Source: Terriglobia bacterium
GTDB lineage: Bacteria > Acidobacteriota > Terriglobia > 20CM-2-55-15
Direction: 5' to 3'
Assembly: GCA_965218585.1 (NCBI GenBank)
Contig: CBDCLE010000001.1
Span: forward strand, 206,436 to 270,435
DNA: 64,000 bases
The notes beneath the pieces are model-generated. The model did not search any database. It was given only the letters and a program-made list of their open reading frames with translations, and had not been told where the DNA came from. This document shows positions 32,507-42,232 of the stretch, piece by piece (position 1 is the first letter of the stretch; every line of letters starts with the position of its first letter). The translations under genes were made by a program, and so were the position numbers.

Positions 32507-33573
32507 ACATCGACTCGTTCGAGCGGGCTCTCGTTTTCGGTTTCAACTTCCGCGATCCGTTCAACTACATCCATACCTGCCGCGACCTGTCCGAAAACGG
32601 TGTAGTAGTTGTCCAGCGCGGGCTGATCGCCCAGGACGATGAAGAACGAGGTCAGGGCACTGTCGATTTCCTCTCCGCGCGCCATCGAGACGATTCCCGC
32701 CGTGTGTTTGATCTCGCTTATTTCTGCAGTAATCGGTACGACGAACTCTTCCGCTGCCTGAGGGTACGCCTCCGCGCGCGTGTTCAGATCTCCTGTCTGG
32801 ATCACGAACCCGGGGGCAATGCGGTGAAATGCCGTCATGTCGTACACACCCAGAAATGCCAGTCGCAGAAAGTGCCGGACATGGTTCGGTGCGATATCGG
32901 GAAAGAACTCGAGCGTGATGTCTCCGAAGGAGGTTTCCAGCACGACCTGAAATTCCTCGAGTTCTTCGATCGTCTCCTCGGTAAACGGAGGTACAGGGGG
33001 CGGTGGTATGGCCCGGATGCTGACATCGAGAATCTCGACGCGTTCTGTAGCGATCTGATTCTCGTCGGTCGCTGTCATCGAAATTTCGTTGAGAATTTCT
33101 ATCCCCTCGACGACGTGACCAAATGCTGTGAACTGTCCGGTGAACTGTAGCTGGTCGGTGATGCAGACAAAGAACTGCGATCCGGCGCTCGAAGCCTCTC
33201 CCGGAAGGACCGTAGCCACTACTGTCCCGGAGACGAACTCGATGTCGCTGATTTCCGGTTCCAGACCCATGTTGAAGCCGCCGGCGCCGTATTCCGCTGT
33301 GCGGTCCAGCTCTTTGGTGTACGGGTCTCCGGCCTGGACGATACCGGAAGGAAACATGCTGTGGAAGGTCGTCCCCCGATAGAAGCCTTCTTCCACGAGC
33401 TGGGTGAACTGATCCACGTGGGCTGGGGCCTGGTCGGGATAGAACTCGATGACAACATCCCCGAGTTCGGTTTCGATCACCGCCTGGAGCTCGCGGGGGT
33501 CTTCGGGGATCGGCTCGATTCCCCCTGACGGGTCCTGCCCGAGGAGCAAGAAGAAAAGAAGATGGCGAATCAT
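32476..33573 (-). CDS. Secreted peptidyl-prolyl isomerase with tandem cyclophilin domains
   Basis: Two repeats of ET..GD..IEF.PD.AP.HV / FH / Q.GD / S.FF / T.FG.V..G. Confidence 0.9.
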   Translation of the reverse strand: MIRHLLFFLLLGQDPSGGIEPIPEDPRELQAVIETELGDVVIEFYPDQAPAHVDQFTQLVEEGFYRGTTFHSMFPSGIVQAGDPYTKELDRTAEYGAGGFNMGLEPEISDIEFVSGTVVATVLPGEASSAGSQFFVCITDQLQFTGQFTAFGHVVEGIEILNEISMTATDENQIATERVEILDVSIRAIPPPPVPPFTEETIEELEEFQVVLETSFGDITLEFFPDIAPNHVRHFLRLAFLGVYDMTAFHRIAPGFVIQTGDLNTRAEAYPQAAEEFVVPITAEISEIKHTAGIVSMARGEEIDSALTSFFIVLGDQPALDNYYTVFGQVAAGMDVVERIAEVETENESPLERVDVYAMRVETRN

Positions 33574-33606
33574 GGTTCTTCGTTCCTTAGATCGAGGGGA
33601 ATCTTA

Positions 33607-34767
33607 TCACGACAGATCCGACCCTCTCCGAAGCGAACTGTCTCCGTAGCGATCATGAATTTCGTCCAACGCTTCGGCCAGTCGTTCGCGCGATTCTCCA
33701 GAGTCGAAAAGTGAAAGTTGTCCCTGTTTCCCGTCCGAAACCAGGTTGCTGGTTCCCACGCCGATCAACCGGATGCTTTCCTCGAGGGGGAATTTTTCAA
33801 ACAGGTTGCGGATCAGGGCAAAGATCTCATTCCCGGTGTCGAGGGGTTCGCCGACCGAAATCTGTCGTGTGTAGGTCTGGAAACTTTGGTATCGGAGTTT
33901 AAGAGTGATCGTTCGGGCCTTGAACTCCTGGCGCCGCAGTCGGGCTGCGACCTTGTCGGAGAGCCGCTGCAAGGTCCCGAGCAGCAGTTCGGTGTCTGAG
34001 GTGTCTTCCTCGAACGTCGTCTCATTGCTGATGGATTTTGGCTCCCAGTCAGAAACGACAGGGCGTTCATCACGGCCACGCGCGAGGAGCCAGAGGTGGT
34101 CTCCCACTGCCCCTAGCTTATCGACGAGTCTCGGGCGGGGAATCGCAGCCAGCCCTCCAATCGTGTGAACACCAAAGGGCTTGAGCCGCGCGGCCGTCTT
34201 GGGGCCGACGCCCCACAGCCTTGAAATGGGTAGCTCGGCGAGAAATGACTCGACCTTGTTTCGATCGACGACGACGAATCCATCGGGCTTGTCCAGATCC
34301 GATGCGATCTTGGCCAGGAACTTGTTGGGGGCTACTCCAATAGACGCGGTCAGGCCGGTCTCTTTCTTTATGGCTGTTTTGATGTCGCGCGCGATCTGCC
34401 CGGCGGGCCCCATCAAGGTTGTAGACCCGGTCACGTCCAGGAAGGCTTCGTCAATGCTGATGGGTTCGACCATGTCTGTATATCTACGGAATATCTCCAT
34501 GATCGTCCGGGAGACTTCTTGGTAGCGGTCCATCCGCGGGCGCAGATAGACGCCCCCGGGGCAAAGCCTCCAGGCCTGGCTGATGGGGAGAGCCGAGTGA
34601 ATGCCGTACTTGCGGGCTTCGTAGGAACAGGCGGCGACGACTCCGCGCCCGGTGCCGCCCTTGGGGGCCGCGCCTACAATTACTGGAAGGCCTTCGAGTT
34701 CAGGCCGATCCAGTTGTTCGACGGACGCATAGAAAGCGTCCATATCGACATGTAGGATCTGACGCAT
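33607..34767 (-). CDS. dinB: DNA polymerase IV
   Basis: HVDMDAFYASVE, SYEAR, SIDEAFLD, NKFLAKIAS, little-finger domain. Confidence 0.95.
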   Translation of the reverse strand: MRQILHVDMDAFYASVEQLDRPELEGLPVIVGAAPKGGTGRGVVAACSYEARKYGIHSALPISQAWRLCPGGVYLRPRMDRYQEVSRTIMEIFRRYTDMVEPISIDEAFLDVTGSTTLMGPAGQIARDIKTAIKKETGLTASIGVAPNKFLAKIASDLDKPDGFVVVDRNKVESFLAELPISRLWGVGPKTAARLKPFGVHTIGGLAAIPRPRLVDKLGAVGDHLWLLARGRDERPVVSDWEPKSISNETTFEEDTSDTELLLGTLQRLSDKVAARLRRQEFKARTITLKLRYQSFQTYTRQISVGEPLDTGNEIFALIRNLFEKFPLEESIRLIGVGTSNLVSDGKQGQLSLFDSGESRERLAEALDEIHDRYGDSSLRRGSDLS

Positions 34768-34768
34768 A

Positions 34769-34793
34769 AAAATTGGGGTCTGACCCCAATTTT
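34769..34793. repeat. Perfect palindrome (GGGGTC family) filling the rrf2-dinB intergenic gap
   Basis: AAAATTGGGGTC-T-GACCCCAATTTT. Confidence 0.85.
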
Positions 34794-34794
34794 C

Positions 34795-35232
34795 CTATAT
34801 GTGGTACATCACCTGACGTTCCCGGCTGCGATGTTGCCGGACGAGCTCGGCAAAGGTGACTCCGTTCAGCACCGAACCGATCGCCCGGTCGACATCGGCC
34901 CAGATGGGTTTGAACTGACCGCTGCCTTCGCGGGTATAGTCGTCATCGAAGTTGCCCGAGAGCTGGACGAACGGGCCGCTAATGCTCTGAATAACATCAC
35001 CGAGCGTGATCTCCTCAGGGGGACGAGCCAGGACGTAACCGCCGTCGGTGCCTCTCTTGCTGCGAACGATATCGACCCGCTTGAGTACCTGCATGATCTG
35101 AAAGAGAAACTTGACGGGTATGTTCTGGCGTTCGGCTATGTCCTGAACGCGGATGGGGGAATCCGGGTCATAGTTGAGAGACAACTCCAGTACGGCCGAA
35201 CACGCATATTCGTCCTTTGCGGAGATCTTCAT
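34795..35232 (-). CDS. Rrf2-family regulator, CymR-like
   Basis: IAERQNIP..FL.QI, SKRG..GGY.LA; lacks the Fe-S Cys triad; C-terminal MYHI. Confidence 0.88.
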   Translation of the reverse strand: MKISAKDEYACSAVLELSLNYDPDSPIRVQDIAERQNIPVKFLFQIMQVLKRVDIVRSKRGTDGGYVLARPPEEITLGDVIQSISGPFVQLSGNFDDDYTREGSGQFKPIWADVDRAIGSVLNGVTFAELVRQHRSRERQVMYHI

Positions 35233-35303
35233 GCCGTTTCACTATAGCACGCCGGAGCGGGGCGTTAAGTTCGTGGCAGACGGGCGATTCCGCAAGCAAT
35301 TTC

Positions 35304-35387
35304 AACGCAGAGACGCCGAGTTCGCAGAGGCCGCAGAGTCAGAAGGAATAGGACCTCTGCGTCTCTGCGCCTCTGCGCCTCTGCGTT
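35304..35387. repeat. CGCAGAG/CTCTGCG short-period inverted tandem repeat
   Basis: 4 x CGC(A/C)GAG followed by 4 x CTCTGCG. Confidence 0.85.
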
Positions 35388-35418
35388 AATCTTTTTCAAT
35401 CTGAGTTAAGAGGAAGTC

Positions 35419-36342
35419 CTATTGCTGAGGTTCATCGGTAGGGGCGCCGGGAGTTTTTCGGAGGACACGGTTCCACCACATGGCGCCACCGGTGACGAAC
35501 ATCACGGTAGGAACAAGGCCAAGCAGCGCCCACAGGCCTTTGAGAATTGGATGAGTCCGGAACCTTCCGAAATGGAGCTGGGTCAGCCATCCGAGAACGA
35601 TGTCGCCGGGCCGTTCTCCCAGGATCGCATCCGGGTCGGAGATAGCGTCGACAGCCGCAGAAAACGGCTCAGGGAAAGCGAGATAGATTCCCGAGACGGC
35701 CCAGATCAACATCAGGGAAAACACCCAGAACCCCAAGGCACTGTGAAGATCCCAGTTGAACCGCGGCCAGCGGGATTTCCATCGGACCCAAAGGCTTTGA
35801 CCGACCCTCTTTCTCCCGGGCCACCAGATCACAGCACCTGTCAGGATCAGAAGCGTTACCAGGATGCTGCCGACACCGTTGACCCTGCGGCCGGAGAATC
35901 CCATCAGGAGATCGTCGTGGAGGCTCGCCAATTCGAACACGGCCTGGACCCCGATCGGAAATGCGTCTCCGAGGTCTTCTCCCGTATAGGGATTGAAAAC
36001 GCGGTCCCGCACATCGTCTCCCAACTCCACGGTTACCGACATGACGGGCCGACGTCGGGTGACGCGTGATCCGACGCGCGTGACCTCGTATCCGGGGTAA
36101 GCCTGCTGGGCAGCCAGTGTCATCTGCTCGGGTGACATCGGCTCGCGGTCGGGCTGGAACTCGGGCATGGGGGCCTCGAACACCCTGACAAGTTCGTTGC
36201 TGTAAACAAGGATGCTGCCGCTGATGCTGAGCATCACGACGTAGAGACCCATGGCCAGGCCGGTCCAGAGGTGAACCTGGAAGAGCGCCCTGCGGAGCCA
36301 GACGCTCCGGGGTTGTTCAAACCATTGCTTCAGGAAAGCCAT
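35419..36342 (-). CDS. PepSY-associated TM helix protein
   Basis: HLWTGL...SISGS, NPYTGE, LH..LL, TG...WWP, DLH..LG, LHFG. Confidence 0.9.
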   Translation of the reverse strand: MAFLKQWFEQPRSVWLRRALFQVHLWTGLAMGLYVVMLSISGSILVYSNELVRVFEAPMPEFQPDREPMSPEQMTLAAQQAYPGYEVTRVGSRVTRRRPVMSVTVELGDDVRDRVFNPYTGEDLGDAFPIGVQAVFELASLHDDLLMGFSGRRVNGVGSILVTLLILTGAVIWWPGRKRVGQSLWVRWKSRWPRFNWDLHSALGFWVFSLMLIWAVSGIYLAFPEPFSAAVDAISDPDAILGERPGDIVLGWLTQLHFGRFRTHPILKGLWALLGLVPTVMFVTGGAMWWNRVLRKTPGAPTDEPQQ

Positions 36343-36456
36343 CGGATCGTCCGGTATTATAGCGATGCCGTGGGCTGGCGGCTAATCGGCTTTTAAACAG
36401 TCGGCTCACTTGGCCGAATGGCGACGGGCCATCAAACCGTGAATTTCGAACTTAAG

Positions 36457-36535
36457 CACGAAGGCACGAAGGACACGAAGATAGAAGAAGTCTCGGTTTA
36501 TAAGATCCAACCTTCGTTAACTTCGTGGCTCCGTG
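36457..36535. repeat. CACGAAG/CTTCGTG short-period inverted tandem repeat
   Basis: 3 x CACGAAG ... CTTCGTT / CTTCGTG / CTCCGTG. Confidence 0.75.
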
Positions 36536-36753
36536 TCGAAGATCTCCCATTTGCGGATTTGCGGAATCGGGGGTCAGGCCGATATCTGAGGCTGAAAGCG
36601 GACTTTTTTTGAGATTGCCGAATCAAGCGTCTAGACTGAGAAAAGGACCGGATCTGTCTACCCAAGTGAGATCCTGAGGGGGCACATACATCTGGGTTTT
36701 CGAACTTCCTTTGGAGGCCTTGCACCTCCGAAGGGCGTATTTCATTTGTACTT

Positions 36754-39700
36754 ATGCTGAAGTTGCGACGCATAGAACTTCTTGGTTTCAAGTCTTTCTA
36801 CGAGCGCTCCGAAATCAAAGTCAACGATATCGGCATCACTGCCGTCGTGGGTCCCAACGGTTGCGGGAAGAGCAATATTTCTGATGCAGTCGCCTGGGTT
36901 CTGGGCGAGCAGCGCCCACGCTCTTTGCGTGGCGACAGGATGGAGGACGTCATCTTCAGCGGAACCGGGCGCCGTTCTGCACTGGGGATGGCTGAGGTCA
37001 CGATCAGCCTCGTAGACGACGAACCGCCACACAGCAACGGCGGGCCGCCGCCCGGCCCTATCGAGATGACCGTTCAGCGGCGGTTGTTCCGCTCCGGTGA
37101 GAGCCAGTACCTGCTCAATGGCCGTCCCTGTCTCTTGAGGGACATTCAGGGCCTGTTCCTCGGCACGGGACTGGGCCCCAACAGTTACGCAATCATCGAA
37201 CAGGGCCGTATTGGTCAACTCCTCAGTGCCCGTCCCTCGGATCGCCGGGCGCTTATTGACGAAGCTGCGGGCGTCACGAAGTTCAAGGCGAAGCGAAAAC
37301 TTGCCGAGTCCAGATTACAGGCTGCGGAAAAAAATCTGTCGCGGGTCAACGACATCCTCGTTGAGGTCGAACGTCAACGCAATTCCCTGAGACGGCAGGC
37401 AGGGAAGGCCCGGAGATATAGGGAAGTCAGGAAGCGGCTGCGGGAGGTTCTTGGGGCCGTGTTTTCCACGCGTGCCGAAATACTGATCCAAGGCCAGGAA
37501 CGGGTTGGTGCGGCTTTGGCCGGTATTTCTTCCGAGGGTGAACGTCTGGAGACCAGGGTTCGAGAACTCGATGGCGAGGTGCATCGTTCGCGCCAGGGCG
37601 TGGAAACCGGAGAGAAGCGGCTCGAGGCGACTCGCGAAACGCAGGTCGTTACCAAGCTCGAACTCGAGAAGGCCCACCAGCGGATAGAACGCTTCCAGGA
37701 TCAGGTGAAATCCTTGGAGGAGCGCAGTCGTGAGTTGATTGCGGAGAAAGACAGGGTCGCCTCGGATCTTGGAGTCAGACAGGCTGAAATCGAGGCCAGC
37801 GCCAGAAAACTTGCCGAGGCCGACCAGAGTCTTGCCGAGGCTCGTGCCAAGCTCGGGGCCGCCGAGGAGAATCTGGAGGCGACCCGGAAACTACGTACCA
37901 GAGCTGAAGCCACGATCGAGCGGCTGCGTAATCGGCGTTTCGACATCGTGGGGCGCGAAGCTGAAATCGGTAACGAGCTTTCGGGCAAGGAGGACCTGCT
38001 CCGGAGGCTGGAACGGCAGGTCGAACGGGTCAAGGGCGAAGAGGAAGAGGCCCTTCTTGAAGCGGAAGAATGTCGGGCCAGACTTGAAGCGGCCCAACTG
38101 GAGCATTCGTCGAGACAATCCGAGATTAGTCGCCTTCGGTTGGAGCGAGAACGTGTTGGGACCGAACTGGATACAGTTTCTTCTGAGCACGTCGAGGCTT
38201 TCGACCTGGCAGCCGAAGCGCGATCGCAGGAGGAGGGGATCCGCCACAGGCTCGAAACGATTCGTGAACTCTCGCTGGACCGTGCCTACGGAACCGAATC
38301 GGTTCAGCAGTTCTTCAACCATGTAAGGGATGAATCCTGGGCCCCGATGGGGATCGTGGCCGACTTTGTGGAGGTCGAGGCCGACTATGAGGCTGTCGTG
38401 GAGGACCTGCTGCACAACGAACTCCAATACGTCGTGGTCGAAGACCTGTTGCACGCAGAGAAGGCCCTGGCCATCGCCCGTGGAGCGACTCATGGGAGGC
38501 TGGAGTTCCTTGTAGCTACTGCAGCATCCGGTTCCGGAACCGATCCCGAACCTATCGAAAACGCTAAGCCGGTGGCCGAACTAGTCCAACTCGATCCACG
38601 CCTGCAGTTCTTCCGAAGCCATATTGGGAACGCATACATCGTGGAGGATCTTGCCCATGCGTGGCGACTCTCAGGTGAACATCCTGGTAAGACGTTCGTT
38701 GCAGCGGGCGGCGAAGTCGTTTCCGATCGGGTGATCAGCTGGGGCGAGCGTTCCAGCCACGGACCGCTTTCCCTGAAACGTGAGATGCGGGATCTCGATC
38801 GCAGGGTTGAAGAGGCTCGGCGTGAGTCGCATCGAGCGACCCAACGCGTCGAAGAACTTGGCACCCGCATGGAGGAATTGTCCACGACCAGGCAGGAGCT
38901 TTCTCTCAAGCTGCAGGAAGTGGAGAAGGAGGCACTGGGACTGGATCACGGTTTGCGCAGCCTCGCTTCGGAACTGGAGAGAACCGAGCAACGTCTGCGC
39001 GTCTCACGGGCCGAAATTGGACGTTTTGCCGATGAGCGTCGGGACCTTGAGGCTGCACTGGCCAGCACCCGGGCTGACCTGGAGGCCGTTCGTTCCGAGA
39101 AGGCCACGACCGACGAAGAACTGGAAGCCCAGAGCGCGGAGAGCGAACGACTGCGGCGTAATCTGGAGACACAGTCTTTCGCTGTTGCCGACCTCGGGTC
39201 ACAACTCGCTGTTCTCGAGGAGCGAACCGAAGCCCTTTCTCGCGACATCGCGGCCAGACGCTCCGAGGCAGAAGCGCTTGAAGCGCGCTGCCGACAGGTG
39301 GAAGAACAAATAGAAGGAACTGCCACCCAGAAGGCCAGTACGCTGGAGTCCATCAAGGCGGACGAATCGCGGCGCGACCAGCTGCATGTCAAGGTAACAG
39401 ACCTCGAAGAAGAGATTTCCAAACTGCTGGGTAACCTCGAAGCTCTGCGAAAGGCGCTAGGCGAGGCTGAGGCGGGTTGGGACGAGGCACGCCGTGCTCT
39501 CGACGGATGGAAAGACCGGCACAACCAGCTCGATATCGAAAAGACGCAGATCGATGCCGATCTGAAACACCTGGTGAGCCTCTGTTTCAGCGAACTGGGA
39601 GAGACGATCGAATCGATTTGTCTGGACAGCTTCGAGACTCTGACGTCCGAAGAGTTAGAAGAACGCGACAATGAGTATCAGGAGTTGCGCCGGAAGGTCG

Positions 39701-40299
39701 ATTCGATGGGCGCCGTCAACATGATGGCCGTGGAAGAGTATGAGGAAGCGGCCGCGCGCTTCGAGTTCCTGACCAGTCAACGGCAGGATCTGCTCGATTC
39801 CATCCGCGACACGACACTGGCCATCCAAGAGATCGATGCGGTATGCCAGCAGCAATTCGGTGAGGCGTTCAACGAGATCAACCGCCGGTTCACGGATTGT
39901 TTCGTGGAACTCTTTGGCGGCGGCCACGGCGAGTTGCGGTTGATCGAGGAGGCTGAGAAGACGGACGCAGGCATTGAAATCGTAGCGCAGCCCCCGGGCA
40001 AGAAACTGCAGAACGTTCTCCTTCTGTCGGGTGGAGAAAAGGCGCTCACCGCGCTCTCGCTCGTTGTTGCCCTGTTCCGATTCAAACCCAGCCCGTTTTG
40101 CGTCCTTGATGAGGTGGACGCGCCACTCGACGACGTCAATATCGACCGGTTCGCCAACATGATTCGCCTTATGAGTGACGACACGCAGTTCATTGTCATC
40201 ACACACAGCAAGCGCACCATGGAGACGGCGAGCCAGCTCTATGGTGTGACGATGGAAGAACCAGGGATTTCCAGAGTCGTTTCCGTAAGATTGAATTGA
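36754..40299 (+). CDS. smc: Chromosome segregation protein SMC
   Basis: GFKSF, GPNGCGKSN, coiled coils and hinge, LSGGEK, LDEVDAPLD, ITH. Confidence 0.97.
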   Translation: MLKLRRIELLGFKSFYERSEIKVNDIGITAVVGPNGCGKSNISDAVAWVLGEQRPRSLRGDRMEDVIFSGTGRRSALGMAEVTISLVDDEPPHSNGGPPPGPIEMTVQRRLFRSGESQYLLNGRPCLLRDIQGLFLGTGLGPNSYAIIEQGRIGQLLSARPSDRRALIDEAAGVTKFKAKRKLAESRLQAAEKNLSRVNDILVEVERQRNSLRRQAGKARRYREVRKRLREVLGAVFSTRAEILIQGQERVGAALAGISSEGERLETRVRELDGEVHRSRQGVETGEKRLEATRETQVVTKLELEKAHQRIERFQDQVKSLEERSRELIAEKDRVASDLGVRQAEIEASARKLAEADQSLAEARAKLGAAEENLEATRKLRTRAEATIERLRNRRFDIVGREAEIGNELSGKEDLLRRLERQVERVKGEEEEALLEAEECRARLEAAQLEHSSRQSEISRLRLERERVGTELDTVSSEHVEAFDLAAEARSQEEGIRHRLETIRELSLDRAYGTESVQQFFNHVRDESWAPMGIVADFVEVEADYEAVVEDLLHNELQYVVVEDLLHAEKALAIARGATHGRLEFLVATAASGSGTDPEPIENAKPVAELVQLDPRLQFFRSHIGNAYIVEDLAHAWRLSGEHPGKTFVAAGGEVVSDRVISWGERSSHGPLSLKREMRDLDRRVEEARRESHRATQRVEELGTRMEELSTTRQELSLKLQEVEKEALGLDHGLRSLASELERTEQRLRVSRAEIGRFADERRDLEAALASTRADLEAVRSEKATTDEELEAQSAESERLRRNLETQSFAVADLGSQLAVLEERTEALSRDIAARRSEAEALEARCRQVEEQIEGTATQKASTLESIKADESRRDQLHVKVTDLEEEISKLLGNLEALRKALGEAEAGWDEARRALDGWKDRHNQLDIEKTQIDADLKHLVSLCFSELGETIESICLDSFETLTSEELEERDNEYQELRRKVDSMGAVNMMAVEEYEEAAARFEFLTSQRQDLLDSIRDTTLAIQEIDAVCQQQFGEAFNEINRRFTDCFVELFGGGHGELRLIEEAEKTDAGIEIVAQPPGKKLQNVLLLSGGEKALTALSLVVALFRFKPSPFCVLDEVDAPLDDVNIDRFANMIRLMSDDTQFIVITHSKRTMETASQLYGVTMEEPGISRVVSVRLN

Positions 40300-40458
40300 C
40301 AACAGAGACGCGTGCGTCCACCATTTGTTTCCGAAGCGGGCGGTCAGCCATCGCCTTCAGCTGCCTTTGCATTCCGAAGATGGTTTCGTCCGACTAGTGG
40401 ATAGCCGAACGCTGACCCCCGACTGCCATTCGTTCCTAAATAGGGAGGCGTGATTCCG

Positions 40459-41343
40459 ATGGTTCTGATGCAGACGGATCTTTCCGGCCTCAAGTTTCAT
40501 TCCCGAGGCAAAGTCCGGGACATCTACGATCTGGGGAGTGCTCTCCTGTTTATCGCGACAGACAGGCTTTCCGCGTTCGACGTCGTTCTTCCCACAGCGA
40601 TACCGAACAAGGGCCGTGTGCTGACCCAGATGTCTCTTTTCTGGTTCGATCACTTCAAAGACGTCGTTCCGAATCACGTCATTACAGACTCTGTCGATGA
40701 GTACCCGGAGGAAGTGCGGGGTTTCAAGGAGCAGCTGGACGGGCGTTCGTTGATGGTCCAGAGAGCGGAAGTGTTTCCGATCGAGTGTGTCGTGCGCGGC
40801 TACATTGCGGGTTCAGGGTGGAAGGATTACAAGAGATCGGGCCGAGTGTGCGGTATCGAGCTTGGCTCCGATCTTTCCGAGTCGGACAAGCTTTCCGAGC
40901 CGATTTTTACGCCGGCAACCAAGGCCGCTACGGGGCACGACGAGAACATATCGGAAGATACTGCAGCCGACATCATCGGACGCGAAATGATCACGAAACT
41001 CCGGGACATATCCATTAACGTTTACAGCCTGGCAGCAGCCTATGCGGCAGAGCGGGGCATCATAGTCTGCGACACCAAGTTTGAATTCGGCATTGTGGAC
41101 GGCAATATCACGATCGTAGACGAAATGCTCACTCCGGATTCGTCCAGGTTCTGGCCGGCTGCTGAATACGCACCGGGGAAGGCCCAACCTTCCTTTGACA
41201 AACAGTACGTGCGCGACTATCTGGAAGGGATCGGTTGGGATAAGCAGCCGCCCGCTCCCGAGCTTCCGGTAGAAGTTGTCGAGGGTACCAGCAGCAAATA
41301 CACTGAAGCTTTCCGCTGGCTGACCGGCCTCGGCCTCGAATAG
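40459..41343 (+). CDS. purC: SAICAR synthase
   Basis: GKVRDIY, TDRLSAFD, ECVVRGY..GS, DTKFEFG, TPDSSRFW, SFDKQ. Confidence 0.96.
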   Translation: MVLMQTDLSGLKFHSRGKVRDIYDLGSALLFIATDRLSAFDVVLPTAIPNKGRVLTQMSLFWFDHFKDVVPNHVITDSVDEYPEEVRGFKEQLDGRSLMVQRAEVFPIECVVRGYIAGSGWKDYKRSGRVCGIELGSDLSESDKLSEPIFTPATKAATGHDENISEDTAADIIGREMITKLRDISINVYSLAAAYAAERGIIVCDTKFEFGIVDGNITIVDEMLTPDSSRFWPAAEYAPGKAQPSFDKQYVRDYLEGIGWDKQPPAPELPVEVVEGTSSKYTEAFRWLTGLGLE

Positions 41344-41366
41344 AAAGAGGAAACTGAGGATCAGAG

Positions 41367-41912
41367 GTGGGCATCGCGATCACGAACTTCACTCTTCTCG
41401 ACTGGCTTGTCATAGCAATCCTTCTGTATTCGGTCGTCATGAGCGCCGTGCGCGGTTTTGTCCGCGAGGTACTCGGTCTCGTGACCGTCGTTTTGGGGGT
41501 TATTCTGGCCGCCTGGTTCCACCGCGATCTCGGAAGGATTTTCTCGGGTGTTGTCAGGACCGAAGACCTTGCTCTATTCTTTGGATTCTTTCTGCTGTTC
41601 GGGGGGACACTGATCGTCGGTTTTACCCTGATCTGGCTTATTTACAGGTTTTTTGAATTCGCGCACATCGAATGGTTTGACCGTCTGCTGGGAGGCGCAT
41701 TCGGTTTCGTACGCGGATGGTTGATTGGCGTCGTGATTTTCTTGGGGCTAACGTCGTTCGAGGTTCAATCCCAGGTTGTCAGAGACTCGGAATTGTCGCC
41801 TTACTTTCTTCCGGGATCGCGAATCGTGGCCGTTGTAACGCCTTTCGAGTTGAAGGCAAAATTCATGGTCGGTTACGAAGAAGTTCAGCGGTGGTGGAGT
41901 GAGAACTTATGA
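41367..41912 (+). CDS. cvpA: CvpA family membrane protein
   Basis: RGFVRE and DRLLGGAFGFVRG; adjacent to a pur gene. Confidence 0.88.
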   Translation: MGIAITNFTLLDWLVIAILLYSVVMSAVRGFVREVLGLVTVVLGVILAAWFHRDLGRIFSGVVRTEDLALFFGFFLLFGGTLIVGFTLIWLIYRFFEFAHIEWFDRLLGGAFGFVRGWLIGVVIFLGLTSFEVQSQVVRDSELSPYFLPGSRIVAVVTPFELKAKFMVGYEEVQRWWSENL

Positions 41913-41940
41913 TCCCGTACTTAACAAGTGGAATGTTGTT

Positions 41941-42150
41941 GTGAAAAAGCAGTTGGAATCGCTCATTACGGAAATGATCGACCGGGGCATTCTTTTCGGT
42001 GAGGCCCGGGACGAATTTGAAAAGAAATTCATACAGACCGCACTCGGTAAGACAAAAGGAAATCAGACCCGAGCTGCCGAGATGCTTGGTATTCATCGCA
42101 ACACGCTGAATCGAAAGATCAATCTTCATAGGATCAACGGCCGAAGATAG
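41941..42150 (+). CDS. Small Fis-family HTH protein
   Basis: FEKKFIQTAL....GNQTRAAEMLGIHRNTLNRKI. Confidence 0.85.
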   Translation: MKKQLESLITEMIDRGILFGEARDEFEKKFIQTALGKTKGNQTRAAEMLGIHRNTLNRKINLHRINGRR

Positions 42151-42232
42151 CAAGCTCCCGGCAGGTCCCCCCTGCTTCACCAATCGAGTGAAAGCCAGGA
42201 GTTGGGCGCCGATTGAGTAGAGGCAACTCCCG

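Noticed and set aside
36540-36753. ncRNA or NrdR box upstream of smc (hairpin CCTTTGGAGG/CCTCCGAAGG; CACATACATCTGGG)
   Set aside because: A single hairpin and one imperfect box are too weak to call by eye.
40300-40450. ZTP (pfl), PRPP/ykkC, c-di-GMP-I riboswitch or hammerhead ribozyme
   Set aside because: Only fragments resemble them (GACTAGTGGA; GACGAAAC on the antisense strand). Required elements such as GCCTGGGC or CTGANGA are missing.
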